Positions 49,520 through 58,729 of a stretch of DNA of 64,000 nucleotides are shown here, one piece after another. Under the pieces are notes generated by a model. The model had not been told where the DNA came from. It saw only the letters and a list, made by a program, of their open reading frames with translations, and searched no databases. The position numbers and the translations under genes are program-made. The stretch's first letter is position 1; each line of letters opens with the position of its first letter. Location: the NCBI GenBank assembly GCA_964346725.1, contig CAYFVM010000003.1, positions 83,658-147,657 of the forward strand, read 5' to 3'. The stretch comes from an uncultured Bacteroidales bacterium. Lineage in GTDB: Bacteria; Bacteroidota; Bacteroidia; Bacteroidales; UBA1715.

Positions 49520-50596
49520 CTATTCTTTATGTTTTTTAAAACGAAGAGCACGTAATAGGAGTGAAGGTAGTGGCTTTTTCGGATCTCTACCTTTTAATTT
49601 AAGAGCAAACCATTTTGTAATTGGAATTTTATATGCTTCTGTAAACTCTATAAGAGTACCTCCTAAGTCTTCAATATATGCGAACATACCTGATGTGTCG
49701 CCCATATCAAAATCGCCGCCATTCAATACTTCTAATGTATCAACGGTAAACGGACAACCTTTGTCTTTGCATACTTTGCGAAGCACGTCAACACCTTGTA
49801 CATCAAAGCAGAGGTGAATAAAACCTTGATCACCCCAATATCTGCCTTCAAACATTTTGCGTGGTTCGCGGTCGGTTACTTCTACCAATTCTATTTCGCT
49901 TGGTCCAAAGATTTTTCCAAATCCGCCTATGCGTTCTTCAGAGTGACGAAGAAGTACTCGTTTGAATGTTGACGTTCCGCCTGGAACAAATGAAAAATCG
50001 TCTTGTTTGCCTGCTTCAGTAGAATATACTTCAATATCGTAGCCTAAAATCTCTTTATAGAGTTTTTTTGCTGATTCAATATTTGGTACACCTATAACTG
50101 CACCAACTGAAAGACCTGTAATTTTCCCTTCGTCTAAATATTTGCGTGCGTCAAGAACTACTTGAAAGTAGTTTCCAAATGGATCTTGTATCCAGAAATA
50201 GTCATCGCCCTTGGGATCTTTACATATTTCTGATGTTTTTGTTCCATCGGTTTTGCTTTCAAAAAAATCATGTGCTTTAACAACGTTGTCGGTCTTTACT
50301 TTCCCTGCAAAAATACCATAGTCGCCAAGTTGAATATCAAACAATGGTTTTGTTGACTCGTGTGATTTATATTGCCAAATTTCAAATCCACCGCCACCTT
50401 GCAAACTTATCACAAGAATAGCATGCCGACGGTGTGGTATACCTCCAGTGTAACGGAGCATATATTTAGCTTCTGAGTCGTCGTCAAGTATTTTAACATC
50501 GGCACCGAAGTTTTCTCTATACCATTTCCAAGCAGCATTAACATCAGAAACGCCAATGCCTAATTGTTCCATTCCGCGGATGTAATATTTTTCCAT
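49520..50596 (-). CDS. VOC (glyoxalase/bleomycin-resistance/dioxygenase) superfamily protein, multi-module
   Basis: 358 aa with repeated beta-alpha-beta-beta-beta VOC-like modules (LGIGVSDVNAAWKWY..., GAVIGVPNIESAKKLY...). Confidence 0.7.
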   Translation of the reverse strand: MEKYYIRGMEQLGIGVSDVNAAWKWYRENFGADVKILDDDSEAKYMLRYTGGIPHRRHAILVISLQGGGGFEIWQYKSHESTKPLFDIQLGDYGIFAGKVKTDNVVKAHDFFESKTDGTKTSEICKDPKGDDYFWIQDPFGNYFQVVLDARKYLDEGKITGLSVGAVIGVPNIESAKKLYKEILGYDIEVYSTEAGKQDDFSFVPGGTSTFKRVLLRHSEERIGGFGKIFGPSEIELVEVTDREPRKMFEGRYWGDQGFIHLCFDVQGVDVLRKVCKDKGCPFTVDTLEVLNGGDFDMGDTSGMFAYIEDLGGTLIEFTEAYKIPITKWFALKLKGRDPKKPLPSLLLRALRFKKHKE

Positions 50597-50597
50597 A

Positions 50598-51413
50598 TTA
50601 AGTTGGGTTTATTTTATTTGCTAAAAGATGAAATAATCGTGGTAGTTTACGATATATATGAACCATTATTAGTTCGTGTTTTCCGATTAATAATTCGTGT
50701 TTTTTTTGAGCTATTCCTTGTATGATTTTTTTTGCGCAGACATCTGCTGGCATACCATTGGCTTGACCTTCGTCCATTTGTCCATTAGGCGTGCCATCTT
50801 TGGTTAGGGCAGAATAGGAAATTTCCGTATTGATTCTTCCCGGGGATACAATAGTAACGGCAATGTTTTTAGAACGCATTTCTATATCTAATGCTTCATA
50901 AAAACCATATATTGCATGTTTTGCTGCGCAATATGCAGAACGAAGAGGGAATCCAAAACATCCTGAAATACTACTTGTTACCGCAATATGTCCAAATGAA
51001 TTTTGCATCATGTGCGGTAAAACGGCTTTTGTAAGTATTATAGTACTGAAATAGTCTATTTCCATTATCTTTCGATCGTTTGCAATCGGTGTTTCATATG
51101 CATACGATCGTTGACTAATACCGCCATTGTTTATGAGTATATCAATTCTACCAAAGAGTGCTATGGCTTCTTGAACTTTTATTTCCAACGTATCAGTTTG
51201 CTCCAAATCAAGTGGCAACACTTTGCAATCTGCTCTTTTTTCGGCACACTCGCTTGCTATATTTTCAAGATTCGTAACTCTACGTGCCGAGAGTATGAGC
51301 GAAATTCCATCTATTGATGCCAAATTGAGTGCGAGGTATTTTCCAATTCCACTTGATGCACCTGTAATCCAAACAACTCTATTTTGAAAATATGTGGTAA
51401 CCTTACTGCTCAT
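50598..51413 (-). CDS. SDR-family oxidoreductase
   Basis: TGASSGIGK, NNGG, and catalytic S...YCAAK. Confidence 0.85.
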   Translation of the reverse strand: MSSKVTTYFQNRVVWITGASSGIGKYLALNLASIDGISLILSARRVTNLENIASECAEKRADCKVLPLDLEQTDTLEIKVQEAIALFGRIDILINNGGISQRSYAYETPIANDRKIMEIDYFSTIILTKAVLPHMMQNSFGHIAVTSSISGCFGFPLRSAYCAAKHAIYGFYEALDIEMRSKNIAVTIVSPGRINTEISYSALTKDGTPNGQMDEGQANGMPADVCAKKIIQGIAQKKHELLIGKHELIMVHIYRKLPRLFHLLANKINPT

Positions 51414-52864
51414 TAATAGTTATTGTATATCTTTTCCAGAATTTCCGCTTGTTTCTGTTTCATGTTGTAGTCACTTTCGAAAAATCCGTTGAACATTATG
51501 CAAAATGATACTTTTTTTCCCGATTTAGTGTCCATATAGCCAGCCATGTTTCGAACGCCTGACATTGAACCTGTTTTTGCATTGATTTTATCAACCAATT
51601 TTGCTGAGATAGGGAATGAGCGAAGAGTCCCACTACGTCCTGATACTGGCAAACTTTTGTAGAAAGATGAAGTATCCCTTCCTACAGTTAGATATTGTTT
51701 TACCAAAAATTCTGACATATGGTTTGCATTTGTGAAATTAGTACGTGACAAACCACTACCATCATACAATGCAACTCCACTGCTTTTTATTTCAAGTTTT
51801 TTGAAATAATCAATAACTTGCAAAGCACCATCGCTAAATGTACTTGTGCTTTTTTGTTTATATGCTAAATATTTTACTAAATGTTCAGCATAATTATTGT
51901 TGCTATAGTAGTTCATTATTGCAACAATATATTGTAATTCAGGAGAATAAATCTCTTTTAATACATTTACATGTACGCTCTTTTTAGAAATTCTGTATTC
52001 GTGAGTGTATTCAACCAACCCTTTTTTGAAGAAAGCTTGATGAAGTTCCATACCTAATACATCTGGAGGTGAAGGCATAGCACTGCGAACTATATATTCA
52101 TTTCTATTGGGAGGAAGATATCCGTTTATTTTTACTAATTGGTCATTTGCCCTTGAGTGAAGTAAAATAGTAGAATCACCCGTTATACCTTCTTGTATAG
52201 AAAGATCTAGACCATTGGTAGTATCTGATAATTGAGCAACTTCTCCTTTAACTCCTGTTTTAATATTTACTTGGAAAATATTATCTTGGAAAGCAACGGG
52301 GAATACTCCTGCGGCGTAATCTTTTCCATAGTCATCAAATAACCATGTTTTTGGTATTGTTTCTTTTTCATCTTTATATAAAGAACAATCTACTACAACT
52401 TGTCCTTTGATTTTTGTAATGCCAGCATTCATTACCGCCGTTACTATAGTATCTATATGTTTTTTGGTAGATGGGAAGAATTTAGAACCCATAGTAGGAT
52501 CGCCTCCTCCAACCACAACTATATCTCCGTATAACGTTCCATTTTTATCAATACGGCCAGTATAGCCTATAGTTGTTTTGAATTGAAATCCATCGCCAAG
52601 ATACGAGAGTGCTGCTGCGGAAGTATATAATTTTACAATAGACGCAGGCGTCATTGAATGATTGCCATTAATTTCTGCTATAACAGAATCTGTTTCTACG
52701 TCCCTCACACTGACACCGACATTTGTGTAAAAGAAATTCTTTTCGTCTAAGCAGTATCTATCCAAATCTTTTTGCATACTATTCTGTGCAACCCCCACCA
52801 ATGAAGATTGAAGGAGTAGAAAAGAACAGCAAAATAATTGTAATAATAATCTATTTTTTTTCAT
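51413..52864 (-). CDS. dacB: D-alanyl-D-alanine carboxypeptidase/endopeptidase (PBP4, S13)
   Basis: Signal peptide, SxxK as PASIVKLYT, and a late KTGS motif (AKTGSMSGVRN). Confidence 0.8.
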   Translation of the reverse strand: MKKNRLLLQLFCCSFLLLQSSLVGVAQNSMQKDLDRYCLDEKNFFYTNVGVSVRDVETDSVIAEINGNHSMTPASIVKLYTSAAALSYLGDGFQFKTTIGYTGRIDKNGTLYGDIVVVGGGDPTMGSKFFPSTKKHIDTIVTAVMNAGITKIKGQVVVDCSLYKDEKETIPKTWLFDDYGKDYAAGVFPVAFQDNIFQVNIKTGVKGEVAQLSDTTNGLDLSIQEGITGDSTILLHSRANDQLVKINGYLPPNRNEYIVRSAMPSPPDVLGMELHQAFFKKGLVEYTHEYRISKKSVHVNVLKEIYSPELQYIVAIMNYYSNNNYAEHLVKYLAYKQKSTSTFSDGALQVIDYFKKLEIKSSGVALYDGSGLSRTNFTNANHMSEFLVKQYLTVGRDTSSFYKSLPVSGRSGTLRSFPISAKLVDKINAKTGSMSGVRNMAGYMDTKSGKKVSFCIMFNGFFESDYNMKQKQAEILEKIYNNY

Positions 52865-52867
52865 AAT

Positions 52868-54193
52868 CTAGAAAGTAAAAGACATACTATATTCTACATA
52901 ATCGGCTTGTGCGCCATTTGTTTTAATATACATTCCAAACGCAAGTTTTTGCGGTGAATAAGCATTCCAAATAGGATAAAATTTAACTCCTATTCGTGGC
53001 GCAAAAATAGCTTTATACCACAATGCCGGATCGTGTTCCAAAAAGTACGAACGATAAAAAGGATCCAACACTTTAATGCCTAAATCGGTATCAAATCCAA
53101 ATCGGTTGATTAAAAATTCATGTCCGATGTGTAATGTAAGCACCGAAGCCATTACGTATTGAAAATTGTTGTAGTATTTGGTTAAGTGTATAAATGTGTG
53201 GTAACTTTCGTAATATGCCAATGATACACCAAAATGCATTTCATTTATAGGCGACAAGCGTTGAAACATGTATCCTGAAAGTTTGTATACATTATAGCTT
53301 GGTCCATCGGTAGGATAGGTAGAATGTGCCAATTCGTGACGTCCCAAAGAAACACCAATACTTTTTTTCCATCCTCCATCCATAGTTGGCGCAGAACGAT
53401 GTCGTGTTGTTTTTCCTATAAGTGTTCCCGGTTCGTATATCACACCAATTTTCGCTGTAATGTCATTTAAACCATAATTTGGAATAGCAGTGTGTCCGTT
53501 TGAAAAATGAAGGAATGATGAACCTGCTTCTATTTTCCATTGAGGAAGAAATCTAAACCATAAATTCAACCCAATTTCTGTTGCATTCATTATATGTGAA
53601 CCAACCAAGAGGTTTTCTGGATTGTCGAACTTGTTATATGGCTTTGTAAACCAAGCCAAACCAGTACCTAAACGGAGATTTATACCGATTGTGTTTCGTT
53701 CCAAAAATGTGTAACGCCAAGTAGGATAGAGAGCTATAGTAGATCCTAATACGTCTTTTTTGCCTAAGAATCCACCTAATACTGTAATACCAACCTGCGG
53801 TTTTTTGAAATTATTGTAAAAACTGCCTGTTTGCGTTCCCGTATTCATGGTGGCGCTTAACTGTATGTAATTTGAGCCATTTTTTTCTTCTATATCTTTG
53901 GCTTTTAAAACATTACCGTGAAGAAAACTTGCAGAAAATTGAGGAATAACGAGTCCACGTTCGTCCATATCCTCACTTTGATATGGTGAAGTGTAACTTG
54001 AATTAGCTTTTTTGCGTTGATTTTGATCTGTGGAGGAATTTTCCGATGGCATTAAATTATATTGTTCATTTTCAACACTATCTACTATTTGCGCTTGCGC
54101 AGAAATAATGGAAAAAACCGAAACAACGATACAAAAGATTCTATTCACCGTAAAATATTTTTCGCTAATATAAATAAAAAATATTAATGGCAA
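52868..54193 (-). CDS. Acyloxyacyl hydrolase / PagL-like lipid A deacylase family outer-membrane protein
   Basis: Beta-barrel-like with an HFSNG motif (the PagL-type His-x-Ser), embedded in a larger protein of about 440 aa. Confidence 0.6.
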   Translation of the reverse strand: MPLIFFIYISEKYFTVNRIFCIVVSVFSIISAQAQIVDSVENEQYNLMPSENSSTDQNQRKKANSSYTSPYQSEDMDERGLVIPQFSASFLHGNVLKAKDIEEKNGSNYIQLSATMNTGTQTGSFYNNFKKPQVGITVLGGFLGKKDVLGSTIALYPTWRYTFLERNTIGINLRLGTGLAWFTKPYNKFDNPENLLVGSHIMNATEIGLNLWFRFLPQWKIEAGSSFLHFSNGHTAIPNYGLNDITAKIGVIYEPGTLIGKTTRHRSAPTMDGGWKKSIGVSLGRHELAHSTYPTDGPSYNVYKLSGYMFQRLSPINEMHFGVSLAYYESYHTFIHLTKYYNNFQYVMASVLTLHIGHEFLINRFGFDTDLGIKVLDPFYRSYFLEHDPALWYKAIFAPRIGVKFYPIWNAYSPQKLAFGMYIKTNGAQADYVEYSMSFTF

Positions 54194-54226
54194 ATCAAAG
54201 ATTTTAACCTGTTTTACACATATATG

Positions 54227-54847
54227 TTAAAAACGGCTCGGAAATCTCATTTTTAGATATGAAATAATTAATGCCAATGTTTGCTCTTCTCCAAGTTTTG
54301 ATACATCTATAGAAATATCATACGTGGCAGAATCGCCCCATGTTTTATCGGAATAAAAATTGTAATAGCTTGCACGTTTTTTGTCTTCTTCTCGCATTAT
54401 GCTTATTGCTTCATCATACGAAACATTCATTCTTTTTGAAATACATTCTACGCGATTTTTATCGGAAGAATGAAGAAATATGCTCACGCAGTTTGGATTG
54501 TTGCGCAATACGTAATCGGAACAACGGCCAACTATGACACATGATTTTTCATTAGCTAATTTTCGTATTGCATCCGATTGAATTTTGAACAACGTATCAC
54601 TAGAAAGAAGATTGTTGGTATTGAACAAAACATTTCCATTTAGCCAATCTATGGCGTGTTCAAAGATATTTGACGATTTTTCGTCGGTATGTTCAAAAAA
54701 TTCCGGAGCTATGCCACTTTCTTTTGCTGCCAATAGGAGTAATTCCTTGTCATAATATTCTACAGAAAGAGCTTTGGCTAAGGCTTTGCCTATAACTCGT
54801 CCGCCACTACCAAATTGACGTCCAATGCTTATGATTATATGTTCCAT
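54227..54847 (-). CDS. Cytidylate kinase-like family protein
   Basis: IISIGRQFGSGGRVIGKALAKAL N-terminus. 206 aa. Confidence 0.75.
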   Translation of the reverse strand: MEHIIISIGRQFGSGGRVIGKALAKALSVEYYDKELLLLAAKESGIAPEFFEHTDEKSSNIFEHAIDWLNGNVLFNTNNLLSSDTLFKIQSDAIRKLANEKSCVIVGRCSDYVLRNNPNCVSIFLHSSDKNRVECISKRMNVSYDEAISIMREEDKKRASYYNFYSDKTWGDSATYDISIDVSKLGEEQTLALIISYLKMRFPSRF

Positions 54848-54850
54848 CGT

Positions 54851-56227
54851 CTAATTGTTTAGAGTTTCTGCTAACTCGAAGGGTTTATCTTCAAGTTGTT
54901 TGAATTTCTTCATTTCTTTTCGCAATATAATAAATGACAATATAGCTGCCAAAGCATCTGATATTGGCATAGCCCACCATACGCCAAGCGCACCGTAAAT
55001 AGGAGGTAATATGATTAATAAAGGTACTAATATAAGCAATTGACGTGATGCAGATAGAATAACTGCCAAGGTAGATTTACCAATTGATTGAAAGAAGTTT
55101 GACGTTACCATTTGGAATCCCACAATAGGGAACATTGCAACTGTTATTCTCATTCCTATTACCGAGTTTTTGATTAATTCGGCATCATCGGTAAATATGC
55201 GTACTAAATAGTAGGGCGTAAATTCTCCAACAAGAAAGGCAACTATCATTACGGTTGTAGCACTTAAAATGGTGATATTTAAAGTTTTACGTACTCGAGA
55301 GTAAAGCTGTGCTCCATAGTTAAATCCGGCAATTGGTTGCATACCTTGATTGAGTCCCATAACAAGCATCGCAAAAACCATATTCAGCCTGTTTACAACG
55401 CCATACGCTCCAACGGCCATGTCGCCACCATATTTAGCAAGTTGATTATTTATTAAAACAACAATAATACTTGAGCAGAAATGAAGGGTAAAAGGAGCCA
55501 TTCCAATAGAGAGAATGCCTATTGTAATTCGTTTTTCTATAGAATATATACCTTTTTTGAAGTGTAAAAAGTTTTTATCATCGAAAAAATGAATAATAAC
55601 CACCACCAAAGCGATAGCTTGTGCCAATACTGTAGCCAATGCTGCGCCTCTAATTCCCCAGTCAAACACAAATATAAAGATTGGAGCGGCAATAACGTTT
55701 ATTACCACTGTAGCCAAGGTAATGTTCATGGCTTTTTGTGGATAGCCCGAAGCACGAATTTCATTGTTTAATCCCAAATATAAATGCGTTATTGGATTTC
55801 CTATCAATATGATTTGCATAAACTCACGAGCATAAGGTAAAGTGTTTTCACTTGCACCAAAAAGTACCAGTAAATCATTAAGAAAATACAAGCCTAATGC
55901 CATGAGAGCAAATCCAATTATAAGATTGAGTGTTATTACGTTTCCTAAAACTTTTGTCGCTCCAGCATAATCTTTTTGCCCCATTTTAATAGAGGTAAGG
56001 GTAGCACCTCCGGCGCCAATCATTGAACCAAATGCCGCAGAAAGGTTCATAATAGGCATACTTATGGCAAGTCCTGACAACGCTAGAGCACCAACGCCAT
56101 GACCTATAAATATGCTGTCTATAATGTTGTATATAGATTGCGCCATCATAGCTAAAATGGCGGGACCTGAATATTCACGAAGTAATTTCTTAATGTTTCC
56201 TGTCCCTAATATAAGTGGAGATGCCAT
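54851..56227 (-). CDS. MATE-family efflux transporter
   Basis: 458 aa with 12 TM helices. N-terminal ILGTGNIKKLLREYSGPAILAMM...IDSIFIGH. Confidence 0.85.
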   Translation of the reverse strand: MASPLILGTGNIKKLLREYSGPAILAMMAQSIYNIIDSIFIGHGVGALALSGLAISMPIMNLSAAFGSMIGAGGATLTSIKMGQKDYAGATKVLGNVITLNLIIGFALMALGLYFLNDLLVLFGASENTLPYAREFMQIILIGNPITHLYLGLNNEIRASGYPQKAMNITLATVVINVIAAPIFIFVFDWGIRGAALATVLAQAIALVVVIIHFFDDKNFLHFKKGIYSIEKRITIGILSIGMAPFTLHFCSSIIVVLINNQLAKYGGDMAVGAYGVVNRLNMVFAMLVMGLNQGMQPIAGFNYGAQLYSRVRKTLNITILSATTVMIVAFLVGEFTPYYLVRIFTDDAELIKNSVIGMRITVAMFPIVGFQMVTSNFFQSIGKSTLAVILSASRQLLILVPLLIILPPIYGALGVWWAMPISDALAAILSFIILRKEMKKFKQLEDKPFELAETLNN

Positions 56228-56289
56228 ATATAACTATTTTTAAATTCGTGGGCAAATGTAAAAAAAGCGTTGATTTTTACATTGTTAGA

Positions 56290-56841
56290 TTACTTAATTT
56301 GTTTGATTACTTTACACGGATTTCCTACCGCAACACAATCCGAAGGAATGTCTTGTGTAACAACGCTACCAGCTCCTATAATCGTTCTTGGTCCTATTGT
56401 TACCCCCGGAAGTATCGTAACATTGCCACCAACCCAAACATCGTCACCAATAGATACAGGGAATGAGGTTTCTTGTGATTTTCTTCGTTCTTCGTAATCG
56501 ATCGGATGACTTGGAGTATAAATCTGCACATTTGGACCAATTTTCACATGATTCCCAATTTTAATATATGCACCATCAAGAAACGTACAGTTGTAATTGA
56601 TAAAAACATTTGTTCCCAATTGAATGCCATTTCCATGGTCGCAATAAAATGGAGGTTGTATTACACACGAATTGGGAATGTTTGGTATAAGTTCTTGTAT
56701 CACAGTGCGATATTCTGGGTTAGAAGAAGTTATTGTGTTCAACTTTTGCAGTACTTTTTGAGATCTTTCTATGCTTTCTACTATTGTAGAGTCGCTGTAG
56801 TTTGTCAATTGTTGACTGCGCATTTTTTCAAATTCTGTCAT
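56290..56841 (-). CDS. Sugar O-acetyltransferase (maltose/galactoside acetyltransferase family, left-handed beta-helix)
   Basis: Mac N-terminal region, hexapeptide repeats, and WVGGNVTILPGVTIG. Confidence 0.85.
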   Translation of the reverse strand: MTEFEKMRSQQLTNYSDSTIVESIERSQKVLQKLNTITSSNPEYRTVIQELIPNIPNSCVIQPPFYCDHGNGIQLGTNVFINYNCTFLDGAYIKIGNHVKIGPNVQIYTPSHPIDYEERRKSQETSFPVSIGDDVWVGGNVTILPGVTIGPRTIIGAGSVVTQDIPSDCVAVGNPCKVIKQIK

Positions 56842-56859
56842 AGCATATAGGTTTTAGAG

Positions 56860-57825
56860 TTATTCCAACATACAGTTTACAAAAATTGATTCTTGAAAAA
56901 TTGCCGACGTTAATTCGTTGATAAACATTTTATTTTTTGAATTATTTGATGTTTTTATGGAATTACAATTTGCGATAGTTTTGTTATTAGCTTCAATTTC
57001 TGAATCAACAAGAGTACAGGTTGGAAATTGCTGTGAATTTATTTTTGTAAATGCTTCTACAATCGGCTCTGGACAAAGAATTCGAATCATACCATACCGT
57101 ACTTTCTTGCCACTGTTTTGCGTAAGAATAGTGCGAAATTGTAAACCATTTTGTTTACAATAGTTGCTGAAACTATTGGCGTGATACACGTCTCCATAAA
57201 CTTCTAGGCTCGTTTCTCTAACTAACGCAAATGCTTGTACTTCATTCCCACTGTTTATAGTAAGAATTTGACCTTCTGATAAAATCACCTCGTCGAGGTT
57301 GTTTAAAAAGTCAGCCGTGTCATGTAAAACACAGTTTGTTTTTGCAGCATATTTTTCATATGCGTGTATCAAATCAGCGAAAGAATCTTTTTGTATAGAT
57401 AAAACTTCGTATTCGGTAGTAAATGAATACGTTAGCACATCGGTTTCTAAGCGATAGAGGTCGGGAGAAAAACCGAATTGTGCATAATAATTATACAAAC
57501 TTTCTTCTTGAGGAATAAGAAACACAAGAGGAATTTTTCGTTCATGGAGAGTTTGCAATGTTTGTTGCAAGAGTTGTCGCATGTAGCCTTTATTTCGATA
57601 TTCAGGATGGGTGCATGCTCCCGAAATGTAAGCAGCTGCAAATGTTTGTCCCAATGCATGTATTTGGTAGGGAATGGACTGTAAAACGCAAACCATCATG
57701 CCTTTTTCATATATCGCGAATGTATTCTCGTCGGAATATTTAGCATCAAAATAGAAACGAATAAAGTCATCACTGTCACCAAAGCAGAGTTTCCATAATT
57801 GTTTGGTATAGTCTTGTTTACTCAT
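56860..57825 (-). CDS. GNAT-family acetyltransferase with an extra C-terminal domain (Eis-like architecture)
   Basis: Acetyl-CoA loop region THPEYRNKGYMRQLL, plus about 170 aa of C-terminal extension. Its start overlaps the upstream gene by 8 nt. Confidence 0.7.
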   Translation of the reverse strand: MSKQDYTKQLWKLCFGDSDDFIRFYFDAKYSDENTFAIYEKGMMVCVLQSIPYQIHALGQTFAAAYISGACTHPEYRNKGYMRQLLQQTLQTLHERKIPLVFLIPQEESLYNYYAQFGFSPDLYRLETDVLTYSFTTEYEVLSIQKDSFADLIHAYEKYAAKTNCVLHDTADFLNNLDEVILSEGQILTINSGNEVQAFALVRETSLEVYGDVYHANSFSNYCKQNGLQFRTILTQNSGKKVRYGMIRILCPEPIVEAFTKINSQQFPTCTLVDSEIEANNKTIANCNSIKTSNNSKNKMFINELTSAIFQESIFVNCMLE

Positions 57826-58720
57826 GTTTTTCTGCTATTGATTTTTCAAATAAATGTATTGGCTTATATGAAAGTTTTGATTTTCGTAGACCTTCTTTTC
57901 CTAAATCTTCCTCACGGTTTATATAAGTATACTGTTCTGGTATAAGTTTTGCAAAAGATTGATTTATAACACTATAAATGCCATTATATAAAGGATTTGC
58001 TTTTTCAAACATCACGTCGAACGTATCACCATTTATGGGGGAACCTATACTAAATGCTTCAATTTTTCCATCTATAAAAATAACACCACCTAATAGCTGC
58101 AGTGCTTCGTAGTTGGATAATGCAGTTTCTATCGCAATTTTTTCTTGTTTATACGATCGTTGTTCTTCTTGTAAATGTTGTTCTCCCCATTGCTTTTCCA
58201 ATGCTATACACTCGGGGGCGAGCTCTGGAGTTAATGGCGAAAACGTATACTTGTATGTATTTTGGAATCGGTTGATATGATTTCGTTTTGATTGAAAATT
58301 TCCCCCTTTGAGATTTACCAAGTCGTCTCGTAAATATATGTAATTAAAATAATTACGAAATTGTGTAATGGTGTAGTTTGTGTCAAAATATGTTTGCAGA
58401 AGAGAGAGCTCTCCTTGTATTCGCACTGGTTGATTAAAAAGGCGAGCATCCGTTTCTATAGCTTCAATTGCAGAAGAAGTTATATGTTCGCCGATAGGAA
58501 AGGTATACGTCATCATGCCATCAAGACATAGGCGCAAAATTAATTGATTATCAATTATCGTAAAACTTGTCTTTTGTAAAGATTTCCAACTGAAAATGGT
58601 GCCGATAGAAAACTCACAATCTTGCGGAGCATATTGTTGAGTTATTGCAATTACAGAACGAATAGTTTTTATTGTAATTGATTGAAATACAGAAGCATAT
58701 TGATTGCCATCTAATACCAT
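57818..58720 (-). CDS. DUF2156 (MprF C-terminal / LPG-synthase-C-like) domain protein, stand-alone
   Basis: 300 aa with no TM domain. The FQSKRNHINRF motif and the overall pattern resemble the aminoacyl-tRNA-dependent transferase domain of MprF. Confidence 0.6.
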   Translation of the reverse strand: MVLDGNQYASVFQSITIKTIRSVIAITQQYAPQDCEFSIGTIFSWKSLQKTSFTIIDNQLILRLCLDGMMTYTFPIGEHITSSAIEAIETDARLFNQPVRIQGELSLLQTYFDTNYTITQFRNYFNYIYLRDDLVNLKGGNFQSKRNHINRFQNTYKYTFSPLTPELAPECIALEKQWGEQHLQEEQRSYKQEKIAIETALSNYEALQLLGGVIFIDGKIEAFSIGSPINGDTFDVMFEKANPLYNGIYSVINQSFAKLIPEQYTYINREEDLGKEGLRKSKLSYKPIHLFEKSIAEKHE

Positions 58721-58729
58721 TTTGTAAGT

